In this document: positions 24,830 through 39,290 of the stretch, piece by piece
How positions within the stretch are numbered: position 1 is the first letter of the stretch
Layout: each line of letters begins with the position of its first letter
Source: Mobula hypostoma
Taxonomy: Eukaryota
NCBI RefSeq assembly: GCF_963921235.1
Contig: NC_086108.1
Span: forward strand, 77,068,001 to 77,132,000
Direction of reading: 5' to 3'
Length of the DNA stretch: 64,000 nt
Translations under genes and position numbers: made by a program
The notes under the pieces: generated by a model
The model's database searches: none
Seen by the model: the letters and a program-made list of their open reading frames with translations, nothing else
Told to the model about the DNA's origin: nothing

Positions 24830-25192
24830 CTAAAACATAGGAGGCTGAGTAGTGAGCCTATAGAAAGTAATAATGTCATTGTAGTCATAGTCAGGACAGA
24901 TTGTCAGAGTCTTTACCCCACTCTAGGGGAGTCTAGATCTCTAGGGAACAGGTTTAAGGTGAGAGGAGAGAAATTTAAAGAAGACTTGAGGAAGAAGTTT
25001 TTCCACACAGAGGATGGAGTGAGCTGCAGTAGGTGTGAATACTATTACAATATTTAAAAAGCATTTGGACAGGCACTTAACCAAAAATCACATAAAGGGA
25101 AATGACCATAACACTGGAAAATGGATGTGTAGATAGGCACCATGGATGAGCTGGGATGAAAGGACCTGTTTTTGTGCTTTATAATGCTATGA
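24830..25192 (+). mobile_element. CR1 3' fragment
   Basis: aggtttaaggtgagaggagagaaatttaaag...ccacacagagg, as in other CR1 copies. Confidence 0.75.
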
Positions 25193-27429
25193 AAATCACT
25201 CTTAGATCATCATCGTGAATACAACTCCCACATTCATAGCTCTTTAAATACAACAGATGCACCAAAATACTTTGCTAACCTAAGAGAGAATACGGTAATA
25301 GTATTGAGACTTGATAGGATTTACCATGCTTGTACAGAATTTCCATTAATGACTAAATCAGCTGCAGTCAAGACTGAAATTTTTGAATGAAATTGTTTTG
25401 GGAACTCGATCAGAGAAATAAAAATAAGTAAACATTGGCAAGAGATGTCCCAGAAACAAGTTCAGAAAGCAACCAAACAGGCTAATTGGAGTTAGTAAGA
25501 TTAATAATTGTTAAAAAGGCTACTAGCAATGGGATGCAGGGCTGGAGGATACGCAATGTGGAACTGAATTTTGTTAGGAAGGATAGATGAGAGTTTTCTG
25601 TAAGTGGTCATGAAGGCAGAAAGCAGAAGGACTCTGTAGACTAAGATTAATAAAGCCATAGACTTCTGAAGGAGATCATACTAGAAATAACTTCTTTGAT
25701 ATGGTCTTGATAGTGGGGTATTATTGGGAGATGTTAACTGAAGGTAGATTGATTGAGAAAAATCAAGTTTATCCAATAAGTAATCCAAAAGGGTTATGTG
25801 ACTGTGATACTGCTCTTTCCATTGAACCTGAGCATACATATACTTGTGCACATGACAACAAACTCAATTTTGACTTTTGACTTTGATATAGAAGTGTTAG
25901 TTAGGCCCTAAATTAGCAATTTCTTACCTCAGTACTTTCTCTTAATTTATAGTTGTACTGCTATAAAAATAGGGCAAAATCAAATATAAAGCATTGTCTT
26001 CTTACTTTTTATGTGTTTATCCATATTAAATTGGAACCATAACAATCAAGAAGTGTTTACCTATTTCCCGGATAAATACTTGCATAGATGCCTACATTTT
26101 GCAGTTGTTGAGCATGAAAAAGGCAGAACTACTAATTCTTAAAGTAAATGGTAAAAATAAATTGTAAGGATGATAACCACTGTTTTATAGGAGCAAGATG
26201 TTGCTTGTGAATATATTTATGGAAGAATTTCAGCAAAAGTTGTGATCATAGAACAAACTTCGTATTTACTTTCCAAGCACAAAAGGGAGGAATTTACTTA
26301 TTGAATATTTAACTAAGTGGATTTCACAATTATGCAGTTAATAAACTGAAGAATTTGATTGAAAGTACAAATGAATATTTAGATAAAATTGCCTTCTTTA
26401 TAGTTGTATGCTGGAGAAGCATAGTGGCTGGTATTGTTCACCAGGAGTAGCTGTTCAAGCAGTAGTAAAAGGGCTGAGGGACAAATAAAGGGTGGTATGA
26501 CTGTCGGTAAAACATGGGGAGTTGGGATTAGGAAACAAGCTGAAGAGAAAAAAATTAATGCGTGCAGCAGTATATAATTGGAGCTCCCAGAAAGAAAGTA
26601 AACATGATTATATAGGGATTTGAACAGAGAACAATGATACTGTGAATGACCTATTAGAATAAAAGTGTTTGGCAAAAATGGGTGTTATGATGCAGTGGGA
26701 TTTTATTCTGGAAAGGACGTGGAATATGATAACCTAGACAAAGCCATCATTTTCAGAGAATGGGATAAAAGTTTCGTTATGATTAAGTGATGGATTTTTC
26801 TTGTGGAAGTGACAGGAAATATTTTTGAGGAAAATAACATTCTTGGTTTCTGCTATTGATGTATATGAATGTACAGTAATTGAACAGTACTGAAAGTATT
26901 GACTAGGAATGCAAAGAATGAAAAGGCATTGCATAGTTTATTCTTGTAAGTATTTTTAATTATGAGTAGAGTTTATTTGGATTAAAAAACAATATTGGTC
27001 ACAGAAACACCAGTGAGAGGGGAGTTTAATCTCTGTGAAAGGAGGATGCTGAATGGTCTGAGGCCATTTTGATTTATGCCATTTGAGCCTGCAGCAACAA
27101 TGTTGGTTTTTCCTAAGTTATTCAACTTGCTATGTATGTGTGAGGCTTGTTATTTTAACATATTTAATGGGTTAATGAAATTGACAAAAATAATTAGTTT
27201 TGTAACCTGTCTGCTTTTATCTTCCTGTAAAATCAATGGTAACTTACATTGGACAAATATAGAACTAGTTTTTCACTTGACGTCTATCCTGATGAGTTAG
27301 GTTAGCACTGTTTTATTCTACTTTAAAGCCTTGTACAAGTTATAGCTTTGACAAGTTGAACAGTATACTGTGCCAAAGGTTTTTCTCTCTTTATCTCCGT
27401 CCATGCCATTTTATTGAGGTGCCAACTGT

Positions 27430-27498
27430 CCTGCTGAGTAAATGCAGGATTTCTTGTTTTTAGTTCAGATTTACAGCATCTGCAGTATTTTGCTTTTA
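27430..27498 (+). mobile_element. PLE tail fragment
   Basis: cctgctgagt...cagatttacagcatctgcagtattttgct resembles 12615-12685. Confidence 0.5.
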
Positions 27499-28229
27499 GG
27501 AAATGATTTGGAGTTCACCACGATGGTCAATGGTTTATTTCTTCAGAAACATTAATAGGTCGTTGTTAACCAAATGCATAACAGCATATGGGCCAACGGC
27601 AGATATATATAGGCATAGATCAGTTAAATCTGTGAATGATAGACCAATTTTGAAGGGCCACTTTTGATTCCTATGTTTTTATCTTCCTCTATGGTTCATT
27701 TTGAGACCAATTTAATGAAACCTATTGAGAAATGTATCAATATCTTTGCGTTATTTTGGAGGAAACAGTTTTATATTATTCTCTGATAATAGTCCTCTGG
27801 ACAAGGTCCCAATAGACTTGAACCTTCTCCAGAGATCTATTGTCAATGTAATAATGTAAAGCTTTGACGAAGTCTCCATTCTGAATGTTTATGGCATTGA
27901 TTATAAACACAGATAGATTGAATTTATTAAAAATTATGTTCTCTTGTTCCTTTTTTATTACAAATTTCCATCTGTCATTTTTTTTTCATTCCAATCTTGC
28001 TTCTGCCAGAAAAATGCAGCTTGTTATTAATTCACTAAAATCCTTAATTTCATTTTAGTGCAGACCCAGCCTGTCAGTCTCAGTCTGCTAAAAGCATTCA
28101 TGCTGGGGAATGTCTGTGTGGTAGCTCTAAATCACGGATAAATGCTGTCTCAATAGAATATTTCCCTTACACTCTGAAATACATTATATATCAGGGCTCT
28201 GTATTTATGATATGAGCTAAGTTACTCCT

Positions 28230-28610
28230 GTCAGTGGGGAGGGGGTTAGTCGGTAGAGTACAGGGCAGGAGATTTTTAACAGGGTAGCTTTTGGGATATT
28301 TTCCACCAGTGGGAGAGTCACGAGATGGATAGAAAATAAGGGACCCGTCATTTAAAGTTCGGGTGTATAGAAATTTCTTCTCTCAGCAGTAAGTGAATCT
28401 CTGGAATTCTCTGTCCCTGAGGGTGGTGATGACCAGATTATTAGATATATTTAGGGTGGAGGGAGATGAATATTTAAGATTTCATGAATTGAGGGTTATG
28501 GGCAACCAGCACAGATGAGGAATTGAAGCTTCATAGATCAGTCAGGATCATATTGAATGGCAGGCCAAGTTTGAGGGTCCTGGTGCACTATTCCTGCTCT
28601 TATTATCTTG
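28230..28610 (+). mobile_element. CR1 3' fragment
   Basis: aatttcttctctcag...gtgaatctctggaattctctg, with tail gatcatattgaatggc...ttcctgctcttatt. Confidence 0.75.
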
Positions 28611-29852
28611 TGTTTCATTGGAACCTTACAGAGGAATAACATCAAATCTGATCAGTGTATCATTACCCTTGGTATCTTTACAGTGGAGGGTGTTACTTTA
28701 CAATTGGTTATTAAGCTATCACATATGCAAGGTGATAAATTTATCTGTAATTCACAGTACAAAAATAATCTCTTGGTACCAAGAGTCATACATTACCAAT
28801 TCATTATGCCTTTCCAAGTCCCACTTCAGAGATTTAAATTTCCTTCAGGTCTTACTTCACAGATTCAATATGCTTAAAGGTTCCATGTCACAAAACCTTC
28901 AAAGCCTGCATCATAAAATCAATAGACTTTCAAGTATTTTGCCAAAGGGAACATTTATTACAAAGAAAATGAATTGAAAAGAATATACACTGCAGTGAGC
29001 GCAGACACAAGATTAGATACCTTCCTGGAAGTTAAAGCAATAAGCTATTACTTTGTTCTGACATTTGATTACTGTTTTGTAACTCATCAAATGACATTTT
29101 CTTCCACCAAAGGGTCTTAGATTTCCAGTTATCAACCTTTCTTTATGAATTTGCTGACTACATATCTGTTTATTCCTTTCTCTCACTACGTATTCTAAAG
29201 AATTCTTTCAATGCCATTGATCTCCCAGTAATCCTTATCAGATATTGACCTGGTTCCTTTTTAAAAGTGACAAATATCTGAGAATCAGTGATCTTCCCTG
29301 GTGAGTTTGTTTCAGAGGTTTAGTCACCTCATTTCAGATTCCTGAATTCTGCCCTCTCTATATATTTGCAAACAACCCGATTTTATTATGGGTGTGAGCC
29401 CAGGACACCTCTTCTGATGCCTGTACTGTTACAGTAGGTTAATTACTACCAGCCCAGAATATGCACCTTCACCCCTTCTGGCAAAATGGTTACTTTGGCA
29501 CCATATAGACTTTGTTAAATTCCCTGGCCAATTTTTTGAGCCAAACTACATGAAAAAAACACTTAGTCATTCAAGTTATGAGCAAACACCTCCCAGTGAC
29601 AGCTGTTCTATGATATTTGCCAAAGCCTAGCGACAGAGCTCCAATCTCTTATTGGCTAAGGTTTATCTGTTGCACGGGAATAACAAGAGGAAGGAGAGGA
29701 GATGAAAGTATCCCGCTTGAGCACCTCCATCTCCTCCATTCTCACCTCCTCACTTCCCTCATTCCCTTCCCAATCAAGGATGTTGACACTTTTGTTTGAA
29801 TCATGTAACATAACTTTGATTCTTAGCTTTTGTGAGCCATTTTGTGGGTGGG

Positions 29853-30175
29853 ACTGCTGCTTCACAGTTCCAGCAGTTTCTGCTTGGTCCCGATCTTTGG
29901 TTCTACATGTGTGGAGTATGCACTTCTCCCTTTGACGTATGGGTTCCTTCATGTGCTCCTATTTCCTCCCACATCTCAAAAACACGCAGTTTGGTAGGTT
30001 AATTGTCTGCTATAAATTACTTGAAGAGGAGCTGGTTGGTGGGTGACTTAGAGTAGATTTGAATGCCATGCATGAGAGGAGAGGCTATTGGGAAGATAAG
30101 TGACAGGCTGAGACAAATCTGGGAGCTACCATGGATTCAGTAGTCAAATGCCCGCTTTCTCTGTCATAAGGAAAT
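29853..30175 (+). mobile_element. V-SINE / HE1-like SINE
   Basis: V-domain-like tgtgtggagtatgcacttctccc...tttcctcccacatctcaaaaacacgc. Confidence 0.7.
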
Positions 30176-33100
30176 ATTAAACTGTTAATCGCCCTTCAAG
30201 TCTGCTCCACCACTCAGGGCTGATCTGATATTCTCTTCTGGACCATTCCCCATACCTTCAATTCTCTGATGTTTCAAACATTTATCTATATCCTCTTTAA
30301 AAGCCCCCAGTGATCTAGCCACCACTGTATCCACAACGAATATATACTCTTGTATTTAATAAGATCCATCTCAATGAAACATCTCCTCCTCTAATGTTTC
30401 TGTCACTGCCCCATGATTTGAAACCCATCTCCCCCACACTATTCTCTCTGAGTTAATTGACCCTCTGCAATTGCCGTGTAGTTCAGGAAATATACCAGAA
30501 TCTTTACACTGCTGTTTAACTTGGACTCTGGTTGCAGGTGCTCTTCAGCAGAATTATCTTCTTTGTCCTGCCTTGATACTGGTCCCCTCACACTCCAAAT
30601 TCCTCTCCAGCCCCAGAGAGATGTCCTTAACTCTGGCGGCAGACAGATTACATATCTGTTAGAATTATACTTGTTTATAGAGAGAAGGCTAACCCCGCAT
30701 CTCTATAAATACACTGCCTCCTATCACCACTGTGTTCCTTCTCACTCTCCAACCATGGCTGGCTCATGAGTGGTACCATACTACTGTAGATAGTTTGCCC
30801 ATGCTTTTGTCCATGTAGGCTATAAAATCTCTGCATTTGTTGAACAAGAGCAGGGGCTGAGGCTATTCCAGTGCGGTCTTCCGGCTAGCTAGCTGACTCA
30901 TGGTCATATGTTGTCATTCTTCTTGAATGATCAGTTCTGGTCGAATGACCGTGGTTCCTATTCTAAGAGATATGATAGTCTTTTGGAATGGGATGCCAGG
31001 TAACTTTAAGACTCCAGCTCATCAGCTCTGAGTGGGAAGTTCCTCAGATTCAGCTTCATGTTGGAAATGTGGTTGTTATGGATTTCAATGCTCTCTATCA
31101 GCCACCAGTTAATACTATTAACCCTGTCTCAATCAATTTATTTATTTATATTTATTTATTTAACTTATTTAATAATACAGGCATACAAGATCAATATTCT
31201 GATTTTATTATATGTACACGTATCTGTAACTGCAAAGGGATTTATTAGTATTAGTGGCTGATAGAGTGATATTGTGGGCAATCATTTATTTAACTATTAC
31301 AGGAATAATTGATCTGAAACAAAATTAAACATTAGCAGAATCTCTGTAGTATAACATCTATTAGAAAATACATTTCTTGGTCCACAAGCATGGTTAAAAT
31401 AGAGTGAAGTTCTCATTGCTTTAATGAGATTCCACTCATGTGCATATTATGGGGTGCTTGCACTTTGACACCACTCATTAAGATGTGAAAACCACTCTAA
31501 CCAGCTTCCATCCAACATGGTCAAAGTATAAGAGGTATGTGTAAATGTTTTACAGCTTTGGAGATCTTGCAGAATCCCAAGTGTGATATGAAAAATCCAT
31601 TTAAAATTGACTGGTGTGTGATTTCCACATTTGTATACCCTTTATTTAGTCTCTGTGGCTTTGAACAGGTCAAAGGGTTAAAGTCACATGAAGAGTGAGG
31701 GTGGTGTCTGCTTTGTAAATCAAACACTAATGAAGTAGAAGCTACATTATTCTGCAATCATCTCTGAGTTTTTTTTTGTGTGTGTGGAGCCAAACTGGAT
31801 CTATAAATTGCACATTAATGGGACGTGTTTTAGTTCATTATCAGTGTCAAGTTACACCTAAATCAAGGCTTTGAGTATTTTTGCACCTGAGATAGTGTTA
31901 GAAGCAGGTGCAGATCCATACAAATTGCCTTTAGAGGTCAGTGGCTTTACTGAAAGGGAAGTGGAGAGTGCCGGCGCCATTATTGCCAGTTTACAAACAT
32001 TTGTAGACCAATCAATAGGAGAACCTTTCTGCTTTGTGCGGTCTAATTCCCCTATTACATTTTCTGTCTGTTAGTATGGTAATTCACACCTAGTGTGGGA
32101 ATTTCTGTTTTGTTTTTAAAGAGCATGTCTGACTGCACCCCAACCTCCATAGTCTGGACCCTCCATTTGCAAGGAGCAGCATTAGGATTCTTTCCTCACG
32201 CTGTAACTGTAGTCAGATTGCAAGCACATGAAAGCTTTAGTAACCTATCCATGTCACCTACTTTGAAAGATGGAGTAAAATTACTTAATCATTAATAAAA
32301 TACATAATGTTGATAGATTTTTCGGAAGTTATTAGAGCTAAGAAATGCTTTGCAGGAATATTTGGTAATCTTATAAATTTTTTCATTGTATTTGTCTGTA
32401 ATGGTTATTTCTTCAAGTATTTATATATATAAATAACTTGCGCACAGTATATAAAGGTAAATATGTCCCAGTGGCAGAATATTCACTGAGTGAATTGACC
32501 CAAGCTTGGGGAATCACTGACATAATGGACTGCCATGCTTTTTTACATCAGGGGCCTTTGTTAAGTCCCAGCTCAACCTGATTTCTTAGCCTAATATTGG
32601 ACTAATTACTGGATTGAGTGTTATTCAGTTCACAATGAAAATCATAGAAAATATATAGGAACAATAGCATAATATGTACAATACATATTGTGAAGAGAAT
32701 ATTGTGTATGGAATAATAGCAGCAGAAAATACAAGAGGGAACTGTGGTGCATTAAAAGTACAGCACATGGCCTTGGTTACTGTGTGTTTCTTCCACTCAT
32801 GCCTAACGCAAACTTAAAAGTCAATAAGTAATCCTGTGAATAAACTTTGAGAAGAACATCATATTCATATGCTATCAAGTAACTGTACTCCATCTCATTC
32901 TTCAACATTGCAGCAATGTTCATTGTTTAAGATCCAATTTGATGAGAGTGAACATCTTTAGAATTCTCAAATCATACAGGGATTCACAAACACATAAAAC
33001 TTTTAGTGGAGGAGGAAGACCATTGTACCTGCAGTGGGATAATCCGTTGTTCCATGAGTGGGGTTCAAAGCACAGAACTAAATCCAAAATATTAGGTAAA

Positions 33101-33509
33101 ATGTCACCTACTTTTGGTCAAGTTGCCCCAGGTTGTTAATCTGTTCTTTTATTTTCTTTTCAGTCCTTGTTATTTTGTCTTTAAGTAGCTGCCATTAGTG
33201 GTTGACAGTAGTCAGTCTCTGTACATTAAAGAGTTAAGCAACATAAAATAAGTGGAACCAAGTTCAATTTTATATGAAGAAATATGTTCTGGAAATTATT
33301 TATTTGGAAGTGCTAGATTATAATTCTATGGAATTATACCTATACCTAAAATTCAAGTACATGTAGTTTAAATATTCAGTTTTTGTTCTTTGAAAATCCT
33401 CTTTAAAGGTATGTGCAACTACGGCCTCCACAGGTCATTAATAAACCAGTTAGTATAGCTGATGGATAACAAAGCATTCAACCACTCTTATCATCATGAA
33501 ACTTAAGGA

Positions 33510-33587
33510 GACCATAAAACCATAAGATATAGGAGCAGAAGTAGGCCATTTGGCCCATCGAGTCTGCTCCATCATTTCATCATGGCT
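33510..33587 (-). mobile_element. CR1 3' tail
   Basis: accataagatataggagcagaagtaggccatttggcccatcgagtctgctcc. Confidence 0.75.
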
Positions 33588-35874
33588 GCGATGTCGCAGG
33601 CATCAGCACACCCGAAATACAATGGGGTAGCCTCGTCCTGGGATAACCGCCTTAATAATCACAGTGTCTCCCCTGCCAGGTAAATATGAAGGATTTTTAA
33701 CTCAAGCAAATTTTTAGAAGTAAAAAGTTTGCTTAATTTATCTCAACAAAATCATGAGCAATTTACATTCATTGGATGCTCCATTCAACTTCAACGTTTT
33801 TGTGTATTCTTTGGTAAAGAGAGACCTATCAATTTTATTTACCATCTGTCATTCTGGATGAGCACAGTTGCATCCTAATGAATAGTTAACTAGTTCGCCA
33901 AGGAATGATATGTTTCAGTCTAGATTAAATTTGGATTTTAGCTGTGAATAAAATTGTTTATTAGAAACCTTTTTCATCATGGTCTATGTAATAATTAGTG
34001 AAAAAATCTTTAGTAAAAAAAATACAGAATGAGCTCATTAAAACTCTGCAAAATTATTGATCGGAGATCCATGATTATGAAGATAGAGCATGGCTCCATG
34101 CAGTTTGGACCAGAGGATAGGAAACCCATAAAAAATATCAAAAATTACAATATACAGTGCCATATAATTTCTCAGTAAGGGACATATCACTACATAAGGA
34201 AGAAAGCCCATAAATGGTCTCAAATGTGCATCCAGCTAGAGGAGGAGATGGCACAGTGCAAGCAGTGCTCAGCTGTGCATGAGATCTGGCAAAAATTTAC
34301 TAGAACATTTCCCAATTGAAAGGCAATATCCCATCACCCATTTCCAGGCTACAATGTTCGTATATTCAAATAAATCAAATCTGTTATACAATCCCGTTCT
34401 TTCAGCAAAAGGAGACATGTAAACCTTAATTGCTAAAGCATGGGTAGTAACAAAACTCTTAACAAATCCATTACCAAATATCTCCATGTTTACTTATAGT
34501 TTCTTTATTTGTTTATCACCATTCTTATTCTTGTGCCAGAACTTTTCATTGAATGTAGATATATTTTCTAACTAGTAAATCTGTGCCCCAAAATGGTTGC
34601 AAAGTTAAGATAATACATCCAGGAGCACTGGCTATGTGAGGTGGGACTTGCCTCAGTGATGCTCAGTTTGGGTCCTGCTCCCAATTTCCATCTCCCTTGA
34701 GCAGTATGACCATACGTAGGCAAGGCAAGAAGTTCCCTTTTGTACCGAAACTAGGAGTTTGGAATGAAACAATCACAGTCAGTAGAAATGGCTGTGTTTG
34801 CCTTTCTTTCACAGTTGAAATCCAGTTGTGCTAATGATCTCCTTCAGCAATGGAAATCCTAAACTTGAGGGATTTGAGTGAATCTAAGCATAAGGCTATG
34901 ACTCTTAACTCCTCACTGTGCAAAAATCTGCAGCATTACCCTTAGTAATTCATCCTGAATACCTTCTTGTGCCATTTATTGATTGTTTATCATTGAACTT
35001 CCTTTCGCTACTGAGGCTGGAGATGACTTTGGCACTCACTGCCTGTCTCATTCGCTTTGTTAGACTTGCAGATGCATAGCATTGAAGTGAGTTATACTTT
35101 CAGTTTTGAAAAAGGGTCTTGGACCCAAAGTATCTATTTCTCTTTCCATTCATGGTATCTAAACCTGCTAAAAATTTTCAGTGTTTTCTGTTTTTATTTA
35201 TGCTTTAGTATTTGTCCTTTAAAGTCATTAATTATTTCCTGGCTAGTCACTGAGCACGTATTAGTAAGCCACCCCAACTATCAGCGCAACCTCCCTTTGT
35301 TTATCTGTAGTGCCTTTCACGGTATTTTCATTTCAATTGATTGCTCTTTTCAACCTTACCTCTGCCAACACCTTCTCCTAATTTTTAGAGAACCCTTGGA
35401 CGTTGGTCTCAGTGGATGCACATTCCTTCACCTTCTCTTCTCATTGTCTTCTTCCTTTGTCACTTTGTCATACTAGGATTATTTGTGAACATCCAAGATC
35501 CATTAGTTTTTGATCCAGGTAGCAAAAGCAGACTTCCCTATCTCCCAACAGAAGGGAACCATTCAAAGTTCAAAGTAAATTTACAAACGTTTGTATTATC
35601 CAAGTATGTATATGTCACTATATACTACCCTGAGATTCATTTTCTTGTAGGCTTTAAGAGTAGAGAGATTCCCCAATATACATGCTAAATTAAGAGTTTA
35701 CCTTGACATATGGATGTTGACATACGAAATATCTAAGCAGGCAACATACTACTTTATCTTAAATCCTATTTTGATATAAAATCTATTTATATCTAAAATG
35801 TCAAGAAAAATCCTCAACAATTTTTGAATGTTGCACTGATAAAATGGAAGAGTATATTGTCCCACCACTCCAGA

Positions 35875-36265
35875 TATTAGATGGTGATGCAGCCAGTCAG
35901 AATGTTCTCCATGGTACATCCGTAGAAATTTTCAAGTGTTTTAGGTGATATAACAAATCTCCTCAAACTCCTGATGAAATATAGCCGCTGTTTTGCCTTC
36001 TTTATAGCTGCATCAATATGTTGGGACCAAGTTAGATCCCCAGAGATATTAACACCCAGGAACTTGAAGCTGCTCACTCTCTCCGCTTCTGATCCCTCTA
36101 TGAGGATTGGTTTGTGTTCCTTCGTCATACCCTTACTGAAGTCCACAATCAGCTCTTTGGTCTTACTGACGTTGAATGCAAGGCTGTTGCTCTGACACCA
36201 TTCAACTAGCTGGTATATCTCGCTCCAGTATGCTCTCTCGTCACCATCTGAGGTTCTGCCATCAA
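35875..36265 (-). mobile_element. Rex1/Babar fragment
   Basis: ERVSSFKFLGVNISGDLTWSQHIDAAIKKAKQRLYFIRSLRRF. Confidence 0.85.
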
Positions 36266-36394
36266 TGTCCGAACTACTTAGTCTCTTCTATGCTATCCAA
36301 TCCTAACACACAATTACTTAATTTATCCACTTTCTGGCCCTGAAATATTACATTGGTCTTGAGCAGTGTGCTAATAGGCTTAGAACAAAGTCAA

Positions 36395-36712
36395 GTGGCA
36401 CAATGTCACTGCAGTAGAGTTGTTGCCTCATAGCTCCAGTGACCCGTATTCAGTCCTGGCTTATGGTGCTGAGTTTATATATTCCCCCTGTGACTGAGTG
36501 GGTTTAATTCCAGAGGTTCTGGTCCAAGGATGTGCAGGTAGCAAAGTTAGTTGGCCACTGTAAGTTGTCTTTAGTGTTTATGTGTGCAGCAGAATCTGAG
36601 GAGTTGATGGAATTTTGGGAGAATGAATTAGGATTGGAGTAAATGGGTGTTTGTGTTTGGTGATTGGTGTGGTCTTAGCAGCTCAAGATCCTGATTCCAT
36701 GCTGAATGGTTC
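36395..36712 (+). mobile_element. V-SINE / HE1-like SINE, degenerate
   Basis: tRNA-like head (gcctcatagctccagtgacccgtattcagtcctg), decayed V domain, CR1-like tail. Confidence 0.6.
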
Positions 36713-38284
36713 TTTGGCGCATTATTAGTACAGAAATACAGAAGTTTTCTGTCACATCTAGTTTGCATTTGATTCAGTGTGCCTGCTTGAAAGAAAGTTT
36801 ACAGTCATTGACCATTATGGATAAATCAACACAGTCACTTTCCAAAATAAACATAATAGTTTTCAATAATCAATTTTAAATGTTCCAATGTGATGAAAAA
36901 AATCTTGAAATTTTGCTGGGAAAAAGAGAAGAAAATTAACTATTGAATGTATTGAAAAAATGCTAATGTGTAATTGTTAGCCTTATGGGGCTCATTTGTC
37001 AAAGCAAATGTAGTTGTTTAGTAATCCATATCCAATTAAGCAATAATGTACGAGTCGGTGTACATTAGGTCAGAGTGGGTCTTAGTTATTGAAATGAGTA
37101 TGAGCCACCAGGCAGACACTTAATTAAAAGGAACTTTAGTGAAAAAAAAACGAGTAATGAAAAGTGTTTTAAGAGTTGTGTCACTGACCTCAGTGTATGG
37201 AAACACAGAGAATTATGGGAATCCAACCATGTTTGCCACCTCCTGCATTACTTCAATCATTAAAGGATCTTTACTGTGTTCTCACAAATTTTACCTTAAG
37301 TTCCTCTTATCCTCATTTCTCTTTTGTTTTATAATGACTTTTCATCTTCATAAATGAGTTTCAAGTCTCATGCAAAAGCCATAAGGCTGGCTTAAAGGTG
37401 AGGGATATTGAAATGATCATTCTCCATCTGACAGCTTTCATAAGATGGTTTTCTTTCTAGATCTCTGGTCACAAGCTTTTGCATCAGCAGTGCTGCTGGA
37501 GGCAGTGCTAGACAGTCCTAATCATCAACTCATCAAGGAGAGAATTGCAGATCAGGAATGGCATGCTGAAAACCATAACCAGACCACTTCTCGCACTGTC
37601 ACTGATCCTATGCTGTCTCTTGCCTGTCACATCTGTTTCTTTCCTTGTTTTCTTGTCAATTTTATATCTCATTCCATGTTACTAGTTGCTTCTTTCAGAC
37701 GGGGCTCAAATTTCCTTTTTGTGACAGTGAAATTTCCTTGCTAATGGTGTTACTTTAAAAGCCAAGTCAATCTCAAAATACAAGCGGGAATTAGATAAAT
37801 ACTTCAAAAAGAAAAATATTGAAAAGTGCAGGGAAATGCAAGTGCCCAGGATTAGTGTAAGTAGTCCTGATCTGGAGATAGTGCTGGCACAGGCATAATT
37901 AGCTTCCCTCTGCTTTGAAATTTCAAAATAGGTCTATCTTCATTTGCTGAAAGCAATGCTTGGCAAACCTTCCTGGCTGACAGCTGCCTAGAAATCTGCA
38001 CTGTCTGCATAATCATACAAACTTCAGATAAATGATTGAAACCCTTTTGCCTTAGAGCAAGCAGACCCACTCATCTGCCATCTTCACACCGGCCCAACTG
38101 CTGCTCCTCCTGGCAAATCCTCTGCCACTGGTGTTATCTCTGTTGCTCTGCTTTCTCCTTCCCTTTTTATATCCAGGGTAACTCAGCAAGACTGATTGCT
38201 ATCATGAGCGTTCATACAAAGACTGAATAAATGAAAGAAAGTACAAAATGGCATTGTTCAATGTGCCAAATGTTCAAAGGCAAA

Positions 38285-39290
38285 AATTAGGAGCAGGGGT
38301 AAGCCACACAGTCCATCTGCTATGCTGCCATGTCATAAGATCTGGCTGTAACCTCATTCACATTCCTATCTACCTGAAACAGCTTTGATTCCCTTGTTTA
38401 TCAAGTGCGCATTTTCTTCCACCTTTGAACTTTGGGAAAAAAAATAATGTCAAAGACTCAGAACCCACGGAGGAAAAGAAATCATTCCCCTTCTCTGTTA
38501 TAAATCAGTGATCCATTATCTCTCTTTATCACCTGTTTGAACTGTGATCCCTATTTTTTGATCCTTCCACAAGGGAAAAATATCCCCTCCACGTCCATCC
38601 CTCAGGACCTTATTGTTCCACTTCTCCCTCCAAACTCCAGAAGATGCAAGCCTAAACTGTCCAACTTCATCTAAGACAATCGGCCCATTCTAGGAATTAG
38701 TCTTGTTAAGCAATTCTGAACCGCCGTTTACATATGGAGACCAGTACAGGACTCCACACTCCATATATGGTCTCACCAATGCCATAGGTAACTGACATTG
38801 TACATGCTGCCATAGTACAGCATTTCTACTTTGACAGTCAATTTCCCTTGCAAAAAAACAATGTTCTGTTAGTTTTCCTAATTACTACAAATATCTGCTT
38901 GTTAGCCTTTTGCAATTCATGCACTGAGACACACAGGTTTCTCTGCGTCCCAAGGATTTGCACTCTCTGGGTAATAAAAGCTTCCATTTTTTTCCTGTCA
39001 AATTGGACTCTCTCATTTTTCCATATCCTATTTCATTTGTCAGATGTTTGCCCGCTGGTTTAACCTATCTATACCCCTTTATAGCCCCCTTATGTCCTCT
39101 TCACAACTTATTTTCCTCCTCACGTTTGTGTTATCAGTACATTTAACAAGTATACTTTTACTTCCACCCAAGTCACTTACAGAATACAAATTGTATAAAT
39201 TTGAGGCTCCTGTACCAATCCCTGTGTCATAGTACTTAATACATATTGTCAACCAATAAAAGGCCTATTTATGTCTACTCACTGATAGCC
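38285..39290 (-). mobile_element. Old CR1 remnant
   Basis: Tail ttaggagcaggggtaagccac...; cacactccatatatggtctcaccaatgcc is the antisense of ALVRPYMEC. Confidence 0.6.

Noticed and set aside
37445..37744. 99-aa ORF as a host gene
   Set aside because: No recognisable domain or exon structure; length is compatible with chance.
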